The notes beneath the pieces were generated by a model, which saw nothing but the letters and a program-made list of their open reading frames with translations, was not told the DNA's origin and searched no databases. A program made the translations under genes and the position numbers. Of a stretch of 64,000 nt of DNA, positions 25,977-38,546 are shown in pieces (positions within the stretch are counted from its first letter, which is position 1; the number at the start of each line of letters is the position of its first letter). Origin of the DNA: Vicugna vicugna (lineage: Eukaryota); the NCBI GenBank assembly GCA_013265495.1, contig MU058423.1:6672939-6736938 (forward strand), read 5' to 3'.

Positions 25977-27582
25977 CTACGTTGGAGGAAGAGAAAGTGA
26001 AAAAGATTTCTTTATGTAGAAGCGTAGCTATTTACCACTGTTTGTATTAAGCTTAAATTTGAATTTAGGTTTATAAATTATAAAATGATTTGTATGGCGT
26101 AAGTATAATTTCTAAGCCATCAATTACGATATAATCAATTTGACAAAAGTTTAAGTTATAAATCTCCTTCCTCAACTTTCACCTTAGTTTGAAGGGATTG
26201 GGAATTTACTTAATGGCATTTAGTCAACTTTTAAAGACATGTTTTATTATAAAAATTGTTAGTTGCCCAAATGACTGAACTTTGATGCCAAATGTTCACC
26301 ATTTATACACTAAATATAATTTATGTAACTTTATTGGCCTTTCCTTGACTGATATTCAAAAACATTGTAAACATAGTAAAGTTATTTCAATTCATATTCT
26401 AATTATTAAAGAAAGCCTGGACTTAAGTACTTTTATTTAAAAACATTTTGTGCATAATTGTTGAAGAGTACCATTATATAAACAAGATAACTTACTTGAG
26501 AAATTTTAAAATACTACACTGAAGTAGCTTAATCAGTCAAGGTGTGACAACTGATACCTTGTAAACAACTTATCTCCATTATGAATATGAATGATATTTA
26601 GAATAGATCTTGTCTAGGCTTTCTGGTATCTTCCACAGGATCAAATACAGTGCTTCCACAGAGCAGAAGTTCAAAAACTCTCTCTAGAGTTATATTTGTG
26701 AAATTTGAAAGCAAAACAAACAGTAAAATGCAGTGAAGAAGGAGAGCGTGGTTAAAATAAGTTTCAAACCTTTTTCCTTAAGCAAGGAAAAATGGAAACA
26801 TATGCTATAAATTTATAGTCTCTTAACAACCGTGGTTTACCACAAATTTCATGAATAAATCGTTATATGAAACATAGGTCTATATTCATAAATAGCTCAC
26901 CCAAAATATACTAAGCCTCTGTAACAGTAGAAGGTATATATTAGGTAAGTAATCAATAAACATTTGCTGGATAAGTAAGTAGTAGCATGTTTTATACTAT
27001 TTCCAGAAGATAATAGAGAGGCATGAAACCAGAGATTTGTTCATGCAAAGGCTTTGTTCTGATGACTCAAGATAAATTAACTGAATAATTCCTCACTACA
27101 CCCCTAAATGGAAACCTAAATAAGCAAACAAACAAACAAAAAAATGTTTTGGCTTATCTACAGAAAGTATTTCTTATTACTATCGTTATTCTTATAAAGA
27201 AAATACAGAAAGTAAGTAATTAACTCATTGCAATACTCCACCTTGTTCTTTATTTAGCAACAAGTTACAAAGTTAGTCTATTAAGAACTGCCAGCCTTCC
27301 TAAATGTCTCTATTCAAGACAGATGTTCTATTTGCTCCCATTTTTGTAGCTTCAGTCCCACCTATACTTTTACTTTAACTTTCTGTAGAAGGATAACATA
27401 TATGGAGCCACTACTTGTGGATATTGACTCAGTAAGAGTCAAATTGCTGTCAATTACTTGTGTAAGTTACCCAGGTTCTCTGCTTGGGTTTTGACTCATA
27501 TTGACCACTCCTTCTGAATCTGGCTGTTTGTGTGCATACATGCCTAAGATTTCCATCATTTGCCTATCCAGGTCTTTTAGGC

Positions 27583-27783
27583 TAGGGGTTGAAAAATTAT
27601 AGCCAAAGGACCAAATCTAGCCAGCTGCCTGTTGTTTTTTTTTTTTTCCTTTTTTTTTTTCCAAGAGCAAGATTTGTTGGAAAAAGCAACACTCATTCAT
27701 TTAGGTATCATCTATGGCTGCTGTCCCACTACACCAGAACTCTTTGGCCCTATACAGAAAATGTTTAACAATTCCTGTTCTAG
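27583..27783. mobile_element. MER58A-like hAT element
   Basis: GGGGTTGAAAAATTATAGCC..CCAAATCTAGCC..TTTGGCCCTATACAGAAAATGTTT motifs. Confidence 0.55.
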
Positions 27784-28325
27784 ACTATGCTGTGGATTAT
27801 ACACCTGAACATTATTAACAGTCTACTGTTCTTTGTGAAAAACATAGTACTAAGTGGACCCTGAAAAAAAGCTGAAACCAGAAGGCAAAATGTCACCTGG
27901 TTCTATCTCATCTAGGAATGTGCAAGTCAAGTGACTCAAATTTTTCATCATTTGGCACATGCCCATGTCTGCAAAAGACCATAAAAGCACTGCAATGATT
28001 GATTTTGAGGTTACAAATAAATTGTAACAAGTAGGCAAATTTACAAATACAAAATCAACAAATACTGAGGATCAAATGTACACTGTAATCGTCAATCCAA
28101 AAAAGTACTCATAATACAAAAATTTTCCCTTAGGTCTTGATATCTAGTCTCAGGCCTTGATAGCTATTATGTATGCCTTGAGGGGTTGGGGTGCCGGGGA
28201 ATGGACAAATTCTAAGGACCCCAAATTATGAAAAACTATAAGAAAAATTAAGACAAGCAAGAGAATCTCTTTCCTCTATTCTATGTTTCTTAGAATCTAA
28301 GCAAATATTATTTGACATTACAAAC

Positions 28326-28468
28326 CTCTGACGGTCTTCATCATCACTGCTTTCATATTCTGATTCTTTACTAGATAATTCCTCATCTTCATCTGGCAAA
28401 GGAGGTTCCTCTGGTGGCTGAGGAGATGCAGGTGGAAGAGGTGCATGTAATGGCATATAATCTTCATA
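28326..28468 (-). CDS. RNPC3: RNPC3 coding exon 7 (YEDYMPLHAPLPPASPQPPEEPPLPDEDEELSSKESEYESSDDEDRQ; proline-rich/acidic region)
   Basis: 143 nt, acceptor TTTTCAATTAG|, donor AG|GTTTGT; overlaps ORF-track 28226..28456. Confidence 0.96.
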
Positions 28469-29601
28469 CTAATTGAAAAAAAACAAAACAAAAATACTTT
28501 GGCAATCTATGATGTTTATAGACTAGAAAACCATTTCCATTCAGATACATGATTCTCAAATATCTCTACCTCACGATCTTCTTTTACACATTCAACACAA
28601 CTTGAATGAACACCTGACTTGGCAGACTGATCACAGTGATCACAAATCTGTTTCTTCTTCCTTGGCACCTAGCTGGACTAAATTTCCACACCTCCCTTGC
28701 AGTTAGATTTCAATTACGTTTTAGCCAATGGAATGTTAGCATAAAAAACTCCCACACATATAATCCTCTCTTTCTTCTTGATTTGCAAGCTGCATGGTAA
28801 TGTCCTCACCAATCTGGGAATGCACAAAGTAAAGATAACTTAGGTCTCCTGAATGACCCAGTAGAGGAGAGAATCATTCCGCCCTGCTTTTGGAATGGAC
28901 CTGGCATGAGCAATAACTCATATTGTGTTAAGAGACTAAGATTTGAGTTTTGTTAGTAACAGCTAGCATAATCTTAACTAATATCCCTGCAATGTGCCAA
29001 TGAGGTGTTGATGTTACAAAGAAAAATTATGAAGCTAATAGTGTACACATTAGAAAAGCGCCAATACACAATACAAAAGCATTTTTTCTATTTAAATGTT
29101 AGCCCTCAAAATAATTTCTCTTTGCTGTTATCTAAAAAAGTACTAAGAGTACTACAGCAAAACAATAATTAAAATTATTCAAGAGTAGACATAGCCCATG
29201 ATCTAAATTATTGATAGATTTGCATAGTACATTCTAATTTAAAAAATCAACCTTTCTTGTCTTCTGCAAATGTAGTATTTTAGCAATAAAATCAGAACAA
29301 TGAAAATTTTAGACAATTCAGTTGTTAAATGTAACTATCTTACAGGATGACACAATGTTCGTCAAAGGACCAAACAATAACACTAGCAGAAATGATGGCC
29401 TCTATTACCAAAAGCATCTCTTTATTGTTCTGGCTTTCCCCACTTTCAGTTCCCCATTTGACTATTATATTAACTTTACATTTTTTCTTTATTTTCAATA
29501 CACATTAGAGGTCACTAACACAATGTGTAAAAATTTAGCATCAATAATCTCACTTCAGGAAGACAAATTTTGAATCTTAAAAAATTTAAGAGCTTTCTTA
29601 C

Positions 29602-29670
29602 CATGGGAGGCCGTGCAGTAATTGGTCCAAAAGGTGTGGGCAAATTCATTTTATTCATAAGATGAAGCAC
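29602..29670 (-). CDS. RNPC3: RNPC3 coding exon 6 (VLHLMNKMNLPTPFGPITARPPM)
   Basis: 69 nt, acceptor TTTCGTTAAG|, donor ATG|GTAAGA. Confidence 0.96.
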
Positions 29671-30228
29671 CTTAACGAAAGCAGTAAAACATTTAAAATC
29701 AAACAGAAAAATGATTCAACTCAAAGATGAAAACTTTGCAGTAACACTATTGATTAACTGAGTGCAAAGGAAGGCCCACCTCTTGCCTTTATAATCCCAG
29801 GACAGGGCTAAACTGGTACATCTCAGAAAATTAGCCCTCCTAAAATGCTTGATAATTCTACAAACACTGTTATTCTCATTATTAAAAATGTTATGTTCTT
29901 ACAATGTAAAAGTCTACTGAAATGTTATTTTTCCCCTTATTGTGAAATTATGAAACAAAGAGAAATATAATAAAGAAATAAACAACGTCTATATTTTGCA
30001 CTTCAAAGAAGTATCTTTTATTGTCAATACTCTCAAGCATTTACTAAGGGTCCACTACGTCTTTTTCTTTAAGAAAGGAAAAGGTGTATGCTGACATAAC
30101 AATTACCAGAAATTGTATTTCCCAAATTAGCTTATGTTTTAGTATTTTAAAAATTAAATATATTAATTTGTTTATGCTATAGTTCATAAAAGCTTTTACT
30201 TTAATGTAGTAATTATTTCATTACCTTT

Positions 30229-30592
30229 TGCAATGGACTGAGTGTCTGTGTTTCCTTCCAAAATTTGTATGTTGAATCCTAACCCCCAATATGATAGTAT
30301 TAGAAGGTGAGGGCTTACGGAAGTAATAAAGTCACGAGGGTAAAACCCCCCATAAATGGGATCAGTGTCCTTTATAAAAAGCACAACAGAAAGCTTTCTG
30401 ACCCGCTTTCAGCTATGGGAGGATAAAAACAGAAAACAGCCATCTACAACCCAGGAGAGGGCCTTCACCAGAACCTAACCGTGCTGGCACACTGATCTTC
30501 AACTTCCAGTCCCCATACTGTGAGAAATAATTTTCTATTATTTAAAGTCACCCAGTCTATGGCACTTAGTTACAGCAGCCTGAACTAAGACA
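30229..30592 (+). mobile_element. MaLR (MLT1-like) solo LTR in RNPC3 intron 5
   Basis: TG...CA termini, typical ends (TGCAATGGACTGA; GTTACAGCAGCCTGAACTAAGACA), 5-bp TSD CCTTT. Confidence 0.85.
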
Positions 30593-30742
30593 CCTTTAAA
30601 ATATTGAAATATCATTGTCTGCAACAATTAGTCTGATTAATACTATCATTTTTTAAAGTATGCAAATTAGTATGAAAAACGGGGAACATGTCAAGTTATA
30701 TCAGTATTTACTTTCAGGAACATTTACTTTGATTCTACTTAC

Positions 30743-30854
30743 CTGTACATAGAACTTAGGCACACTTGCCAAAGCATTTACTATGTTTGCTAGGATTGTG
30801 CTTGAAGGTGGTGGGTACATATACTTGAGGCATGAATTTAGAGGAAAAGTCAGC
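30743..30854 (-). CDS. RNPC3: RNPC3 coding exon 5 (LTFPLNSCLKYMYPPPSSTILANIVNALASVPKFYVQ)
   Basis: 112 nt, acceptor TTTTTTAG|, donor CAG|GTAAGT; contained in ORF-track 30701..30904. Confidence 0.97.
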
Positions 30855-31250
30855 CTAAAAAAATATTTTAAATGTTTATTATATTTTAATAAATTTCGTA
30901 TCAATAACTCATCTTAGGTAATCTAGAAACATACAAACTGCTCAAATGATTCAATAAATTTAAGAGTACTTTGTTCTTAACAGATCCAAATGAGTACATT
31001 TAAAAAGAAACTTGCCTTCTGATTACATTATAGAAAAATATGGCATTTCTTATCAGAGCTTATAACTGAACATTTTAAGGAATCAGATTCAGTGACAAAC
31101 TCTTAAAGCTCAAAATGTTTAATAAATACATCAAAATATTCATCATGCATAATAAAATATCCTTTGAAAATTATTTGCATAACCTCCCCTGCCACCCCTT
31201 ACCCAGTACAAAACCAAAAGAACAGTGAAATACAAACAAAAAATGCTCAC

Positions 31251-31334
31251 CCATGGTTGGGTGCAATTCCATTTTCTACAGTTAAACAACCAAGTTCTTT
31301 CTTTTCTTTATCATCTTCCACAGGATCATCAGAC
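31251..31334 (-). CDS. RNPC3: RNPC3 coding exon 4 (SDDPVEDDKEKKELGCLTVENGIAPNH)
   Basis: 84 nt, acceptor TCTCTTAG|, donor GG|GTGAGC, phase 2/2. Confidence 0.96.
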
Positions 31335-32026
31335 CTAAGAGATATAGAATCAAAGTTGATTTTATCTTAAGAAACAAAATTAAAAATTGCATACAAAATG
31401 GACATACTATCTTTTGAAACATGGCATTATGAAAACAGTTCCACAATAAGTAAAACTTTGAATTATTTCTTAAGCAAATGGAAAAAAATATCTATTCCAG
31501 ATATATATAAGGCATGGCACATTTTCATTTACTCTTCACATCAACCCTACGAAGATGGTATGATAAATCTCACTGAACAAAAAAAAAATTTGAAGCTCAC
31601 ATGGTATAAAATAGTGGCACACAAATTTCTTTAATGAACATCAATGAGGGCTCGTTAAAAGTCAGGTTGCTGGGCCCTTGCCCTCCTCCCCACTCTCAAC
31701 TCTCTAAATCTCTGATGCATACAAGGACTTTGTATTAGTTACCTTCCCTCCACTTAAAGTTGAATGCTTTTCAGTCTACTCTCTTACCACTATACATTGA
31801 TTAATTCTTAATATTAAATCAACAGTTAGGTTCCTAACGCATAATTAGGAACAAATAAATATATTGCTTTTATGTACCAGATTCAGCAGAAATGTAATCA
31901 TTTACTGTTTCAATTATTTACTTGCTAGTCTGAAAACAATCCAAGAGCAATACAACTAATAATTAAAAACAAACAAACAAACAAAAAACACTTTACAATG
32001 TCAGGAAAACCTAACTATCTACATAC

Positions 32027-32145
32027 CTTTTCTTTTTTTCAGTGCCTGAAGAGGGACACGGTGAATGAACTCGATCTTGCTCTTTTGCAAATTCAACAAC
32101 TAAAGTATGACCTAAAAGTTTCAGCTGATGCAGTCTTGTCAATGC
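32027..32145 (-). CDS. RNPC3: RNPC3 coding exon 3 (ALTRLHQLKLLGHTLVVEFAKEQDRVHSPCPSSGTEKKK)
   Basis: 119 nt, acceptor CTCTTCCCACTGAAG|, donor AG|GTATGT, frame continues from exon 2. Confidence 0.96.
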
Positions 32146-32259
32146 CTTCAGTGGGAAGAGCAAGAGTAAAAAGTTTGATAACTGTGCCAAAAATTATTTG
32201 CTAGAGACCATATACAAAAAAATTTATACATGTTTTTCGTTGATGCTGTTAACATTCCC

Positions 32260-34340
32260 TTGGCATTTCTTACCCAATTCTAATCTCAGGCTTCCAAAGC
32301 CTTTATTACTTATTAAGGGATTGCCTTCTATCACTTAGCAAAAATAAGATCTAGTTAAATCCAACTCTGCTTATACCCAGGTAGCTAAAAATGGTCAGAA
32401 AAACAAAAATAATGAATTGAACTGGTCTCACTTCAAATTCACGACCACAACCATCAATCTGAGGGTGAAGCCATAGAGTTATACATTACATTCTTAGTTT
32501 ATATTTTTCTACCAATCTCTAAGACAATATTTTGTACTTTCTCCTCCTTCCTAACATCACAATAGTCCTATACCATTTTTTTAGCCCAGGACATTACTTT
32601 CTACTCTGAGAAAACTACAGCAACTAGTAGAAAACTTCCTATTTTCCACTGTAACTCCCCATCTACCAGCATCTGCATCCACACATTCTACCTTCCATCT
32701 ATTATCACATACTAACTATCCATGTTTTTATTTAAATCTAGTTGTTTAACTTGTATACTAAATCCCAGCCTCTCTTCTATCACCCTCTGGAATTATACAG
32801 GGGGTGTTCTTACCTACATTGCTAATTTTCTGTCCTCTAATAGATCATTCACATCAGTATAAAGATACACTCGTTTCTCCCACTCTAAATGTATTTTTTC
32901 TTCACCTACTGACCCCACTTACCACTGTCCCCTGACCCTCTTAAAGTACTCTTGCAGTAAAATTCCTTAAGAGTTATCTATATTCTCTATCTAAAATTCC
33001 TCTCTTCCCATTCAGTCTCAACCTCACTTGAACCAGGCTTATGCTTTAATCAGTCCACAGATATGGCTTGTCATAAACAATTCTGTACTGCCATAGGAAT
33101 GGTCAACGCTCAGGCTTCATTTTACTGCATTTAACACAACCACTCCCTCCTTGATAGATGTTCTTCATTTGATGTTTAGACACTATCGTTTTCTGCAGTT
33201 TTTTTCCTAGCTCATTGATTTCTGCTCTTCAATCACTTTGCTTACACCATCCCACATTCTTAATGCTGGCATACTCCAGAGGTCTGTTAGTGCTCCTCTT
33301 TATCTAATCCAGCACCCTAAATTTAAATACCATCTCTGTGCTGATGATTTCCCAATTTATAACTTCAGCCCAAACCTCTGTCCTTAAGTCCAAGGACATA
33401 TATCCAAACTGCTGGATAGCTCCCCTTAGGTGCCTAACAAATGTTTTAAAATCAACACTTCAGAAACTAAATCACTAATCTTCTCTCCCCATCCCCCTTC
33501 AAATGTTCTCCATCTGGAGCCTTCCCCATTTCAGTTGATAGTAACTCCCTTCTCTCATTTATTCATGTCAAAAATCTTGGAATCATCCTAACACCTCTTT
33601 CCCACATTGCATATCCAAGACATCACGAAATCCTGTTGGCTTCCACCTTCAAATTATATCCAGACTCTCATTACTTACCATCTACACTGCTACCACCATG
33701 GTCCAAGCAACCATCATCTCTGGACTGAATTAACAGTATAACATTTTAACAAATTTCCCTGTTTCTACTCTTCTCTGTCTTCCGTCTATTCAACACAAAG
33801 GGATTCTTCTATATGTTACTGCTTTGCTTACAGTACACCAGTGGCTTCCAATTTTACTCAAGAGTAAAATCTAGGGCCCTTAAAGATAGACATGATATAG
33901 CCTCTTACTTCTCTGATCTTGAATGCAATCATCTCCCCTCATGTTTTCTGCTTTAGTCACACTGGCTTCTTTGAACATGACAGGCATGCTCCCAAGAGCC
34001 TTTGTTCCAGCTACTCCTCTTACTAAAATGTACTTCCCCCAGATATTCCCTTAGCTAACTTCCTTCAACTCCTTCAAACTGTTGCTCCAACATGACCTTA
34101 ACTACCTTAACTACAGCTTAACCCTTCCAACCCAGCACTCCTGATCTTACTGTTTCTTTTTTTCCGTGCATTTATCATTTTCTAAAATACTATACAATTT
34201 ACTAAGTTTATTATCTTTGGTCTGTCTCCACTTTTGAGAATGTGAGCTCCAATGAGGGCATAAATTTTTCTTTTATTCACTAATATCCCAAGACCTAAAG
34301 CAGCACCTAGCACATAGCAGGCACTTAATATTTTTTGAAC
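32260..34340 (+). mobile_element. L2 LINE remnant in RNPC3 intron 2
   Basis: Pyrimidine-rich L2 body (TGCTGATGATTTCCCAATTTATA, AAATCCTGTTGGCTTCCACCTTCAAA) ending GCACCTAGCACATAGCAGGCACTTAATA. Confidence 0.7.
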
Positions 34341-36455
34341 AATTGGAATTTAGGCCTTAACTGGAACTATAATTTTATTCTACTATCTTTATGCATCTTT
34401 ATTTGACTCTATTATACAAAACAAGTTTTTAAAAGTTTCAATAATTTTCAAGTCCCTAAATCAACTCCAGAACTCTTCACTATCAGTGAACCTTTAAACT
34501 GTCTGAAATACAACTGAATTGCTTCAACATTCTTCCTCTCAAAATGGATGTCACACATTCTCTTCAAAGTTATGGCTTTTAATTTTTAATGTTAACTCAT
34601 CTCCCTAGCTCTCTCAGCTACTTAAACATTTCTCTCCTTTTGTTCTAAAAATCTGTCAGTTAAGTACATTCTAGCCTAAAAGCCCTATTACTGCTACTAC
34701 CTTCTAATTTTTCTCTTCAACACAAACATTTCCCAAAGATAATGACTGATTCCACGTTCTCTCCTCCAAGTTAACCTTGACTCTAAAACAATGTGGTTTT
34801 CATTACCATATTTTAACTATAACTTTTTATGCTAGATTTCAAAGAACCTTTTCTGAAAAGAAGCTTCCTATACTTACAAAATACTTATAAAATGAATGTC
34901 TTCTATAATCCTACCCTCAGAGAAAGACATTTATTATTCAATTGGGTGTAGAGCTTTGTCACATTTTATTCTATTCATAAACCAACATACATAGTATTAG
35001 TTTTCCAAAACTCCAGGGCTGCATTATACATAACGTTTTGTATTTTTATTCATGTACTCTATCTTAGTTACATTCCTTATTAATACATATTCATTTAACA
35101 TCATTCTCCTATAGCTGTAGTCCAGTTCATGAATATATAATTTAAAGTGTCCCTTCCCCTTATTGAGAATTTGGGTCATTTCTATCATTTAACAATAAAA
35201 AGTACTTTACTAATAGACTGTGTTCATTCTTCCTCTTGTGTCATCACAGGATCTCATCTTTTTAAAACTCTCCTCTCTTTGCATTCATTAGAATTTATTT
35301 TCTGGTTCTACTTCCTTTTTAACTTCTTCCTCCCAGCCTTCTTTGCTGGCTTGTCTTCCTTTGGGCAACCATATCCATGAAGAAACTCCATTTTAAGCCT
35401 TGTCTCAGCTCTAGATCCATATTTTAGTTGTTTTTAAAATATTTCTAAATAGCCCACTGACTCCTCAAAGTTAACAGGTGGCATGTGAATTTATTACCTA
35501 CCTTTGCAAACATCCTCTGAATCTTGCCCTTCATGTCAGCTAATGTAATAACCCAATAACAAGACCCAAAAATCTTCAAGTATTCCCTCTCTCTGAACCA
35601 CTACATCTCCAGGGATCCCAAGACCTACAAACACAATCTCTGCCAAATGTTTATCTACTTCTTCCTTTGTCTTCTTACTGCTTTATTCCGATCCTTTCTC
35701 TTGTCTTTGCCATTATAACATTTCTCTTGTCTTGTTTTTCCATTTGGCCTTTCTACCGCTAATCGTTGTCCACATCCAATCTATTACATGAACTCTACTA
35801 GGTATCTTTCACAGACCTAACCATATTATTGGTCAGCTCAAATGTATCGAGTGCTTTAATACCTACTAAACAAAATTCAATCCTTCCCTTCCTCCCCTTC
35901 CACTCAAATTTCGACTCAACCCATCTTCCAAGTCCTATTCTATTTCAAGTCCTATTTCTATTTCAACCCTTAGTTTTTGCTCCACTTAGAACTTTCCAAG
36001 CCCCACAGCTTTATTTTGCATTCTCCAAACCAGGAAGGCCCGTTTTCTTTTGAACTAATCATTAAAGGTCTGCCTCAAAAGCTATCTTCTTTGCAAATGA
36101 TTCCCTAGTTTTTTATATATATATGGATTCTCCTTTTAAGACTTAAAACATCGTGTCCTGCAACAGTTACAGAGAGTTATAAATCTCTGCATCCTTTAGA
36201 ATTTGCTTTTAATTACAGATGAGATTACAATCCAATTTTAATTTACATTCTAATTAATCTACTAGTCTTATACCCAAATACCTAAACATTGGGTAAAATC
36301 TGCCAACTGACAAACCAAATGTAGCCTATGAGGTTAGGTCTGGAAATACAAACCATTTTCCTTTTAAAAGCTATAGCTTAACATTGTTTCATTTTTGAAC
36401 TAAGATCAGATAATAGAAAATTATAGCAACTTTAAGAGAAAAGAAAAAGTCATAC

Positions 36456-36503
36456 CTTTATAGCTGCTTTTTCATTAGGGAAAGTAGCAAAAGCTGTATG
36501 TTT
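36456..36503 (-). CDS. RNPC3: RNPC3 coding exon 2 (KHTAFATFPNEKAAIK, RRM1 RNP1)
   Basis: 48 nt, acceptor TTTTCAG|, donor AAG|GTATGA, phase 0/0. Confidence 0.96.
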
Positions 36504-37971
36504 CTGAAAAAGAATTAAGGTACAAATTATTTCAAATATAATTTCAGTTTCTCATAAGGAAGTTTGATACTATACTAGTTGACTAATTCGACACATTAAT
36601 ACAACACATAAAAGGATGGGAAATCGAGATTATTCAACTGATTACTAATTTCAGTACAGTGCTTTTGAATCCGTTTTGGATCAGATTTCTCTGAGATGAA
36701 AGGTATGTGGAATTCATATAAAGCTGTGGATATACACACACCATGTTTTACATATATTTTCAAATAGTTCGACACTCCATTAAGTTTAAAAACCCCTACT
36801 ATACACAGAGGATCACGCTTAAATCATCCAAAAAGTAAAAAATATCTTCCATCTAAAGATCTAAATTTTCCACTATACAGCCAAATGTAAAGTTTAAGAA
36901 TGTTCACTCACAGAAAATTACTCCTGAAGTGCACATTCCCTTTGTGCGTTTTCCTTATAATGAAAGTTAAGTGAGAGGAGTCTCTTTTCAAATATAAACT
37001 GTTAAAATATTTTTAAACTATCAGAAAAGGAACATAAGTCAAAAGTAATTGACTCATTATGCTAAGAAAGAGTTCTTGTCAATTCTTATTCAAGCATTTA
37101 CAAGTTGTTTGAGCATACTGCATAACTAATTTTGTCTAATCTCATCCAAGAGGACACCATTAAGTGTACTCAAACTGAACCACACAGAATATCTGCTGGT
37201 ATACATGACATTTAGATCAAAACTGGTCTTTCTTCTAACTCAGTAACTCGCAACTCTGGCTGCATATTAGAATCACCTGGGCAGACTTCAATCACTGATG
37301 TTTTGCCCCGTCAGACCATCTTGCAGAAACGTAACATCACCATTACTATTTTAAAGGTGAGAAATCCATATAAAGCATCTTCAAGTATAAAAGAAAATAA
37401 ATCATGTACATTCCTGTGCTAGAAATTTTAGTAGTCTTTAAATATCGTTCCCTAAAAGATTCCGTCGGGAAATTTTTATATAGAACAATTTCACCAAAAA
37501 TCTAGGAGAAAGCCTGCAACTCGTTTACTCAAGTTACTGACTCCTGTAGTTTCTCCTCTATTTTGATGAATGTCTTAACGCTGGCTTATAAATAAACCAA
37601 GATTTTAAAATAGTCCTTTGTTACAAATTTCTGAAAGAACTCGAGTCTAACAAATACCTCCAAATTCAGAGGTGTTTTGAGAATCTCAGGATGGGTGGGA
37701 AAATGGAATATAACTGAGCTTATTTTCCATCCTTCTGCTTTGCCTTTCTCATTTGCCCTTTTCCGCAGCGCGGCGACGAACCAAGGCTGGAGCCAATTAA
37801 AGCTCGATTTGGGACGCAAGTTATTTTGATAAGAGGGAAGCCGGGGAAGCCCCCACTACACAAGCGCATTTTCCTCACTCTTTTCTGTCTTCTTCCTTCT
37901 GTCAGAACTTCCCCTCCCCGGGTCACCAGCTCAGGGCCTTCCCGGGAGGCTTGGGACCTGCGCGCCCTTAC

Positions 37972-38163
37972 CAGTCGCCCCTTGTCGGACAGGACGCGCA
38001 CCGACTGCGCCCCGAAGTACTTCAGCAAGTCCTCTTTCTCCTCAGCAGTCAGCTCGGCTGGCAGGTGCCTCACTAAGAGGGTTCGGTCGCCCCGCGGCGG
38101 AGAAAGCGAAGCAGAGCTCTGGCATCCTCTCGACATGGGCAGCGGCTGCTCCGGGGCCGCCAT
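37972..38163 (-). CDS. RNPC3: RNPC3 coding exon 1 (MAAPEQPLPM...SDKGRL, start of RRM1)
   Basis: ATG at 38163-38161 in GAAATGGCG context. The 64 codons match the recalled RNPC3 N-terminus (RTLLVRHLPAELTAEEKEDLLKYFGAQSVRVLSDKGRL). Donor CTG|GTAAGG. Confidence 0.97.
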
Positions 38164-38165
38164 TT
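38156..38165. promoter_or_regulatory. YY1-type motif overlapping the start codon (AAATGGCGGC)
   Basis: GCCGCCATTT on +; YY1 motifs are known to overlap Kozak/ATG sites. Confidence 0.5.
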
Positions 38166-38293
38166 CCCTCAGAGAACCAGCAAAGCCGTCCTGAAAACTG
38201 CGATAATCAACAGAAGCTGAGGTAAATGAGTATTTTTCCACTTCGCGCTAAGGATTCTGGAAAACAAAGAAATAACGCGAGAGTTGGTCGCCT

Positions 38294-38303
38294 TCTCGCG
38301 AGA
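38294..38303. promoter_or_regulatory. TCTCGCGAGA palindrome (BANP/CGCG element)
   Basis: Perfect 10-bp palindrome typical of CpG-island housekeeping promoters. Confidence 0.7.
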
Positions 38304-38534
38304 CCTGCGCACGGAGGGGTGCCGCCTCTTCGGAAACAAGTTCCTCAGACCGAATGAAGAGGTTCCACAGAGGTGGGAAAGCACAGTGATACACATTCCA
38401 GGTAGTTGCTGAAAGTGTTAAAACCAAAAATTCCACTGAGGGAAGCGTGAGGATTTAAAAAGTTGTCAGAGAATGTAAGAGGGATTCTGTCGTGCTTACG
38501 AAAGGAGTAACCCACGGGCAGAAGGAATGACTGC

Positions 38535-38546
38535 TGCGCATGCGCG
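38535..38546. promoter_or_regulatory. NRF1-type motif TGCGCATGCGCG
   Basis: Exact match to YGCGCAYGCGCR inside the CpG island. Confidence 0.7.

Noticed and set aside
37720..38241. 173-aa ORF as a single-exon protein or N-terminal extension of RNPC3
   Set aside because: Starts at GTG and reads through the exon 1 donor into intron 1; only 37972-38163 matches RNPC3.
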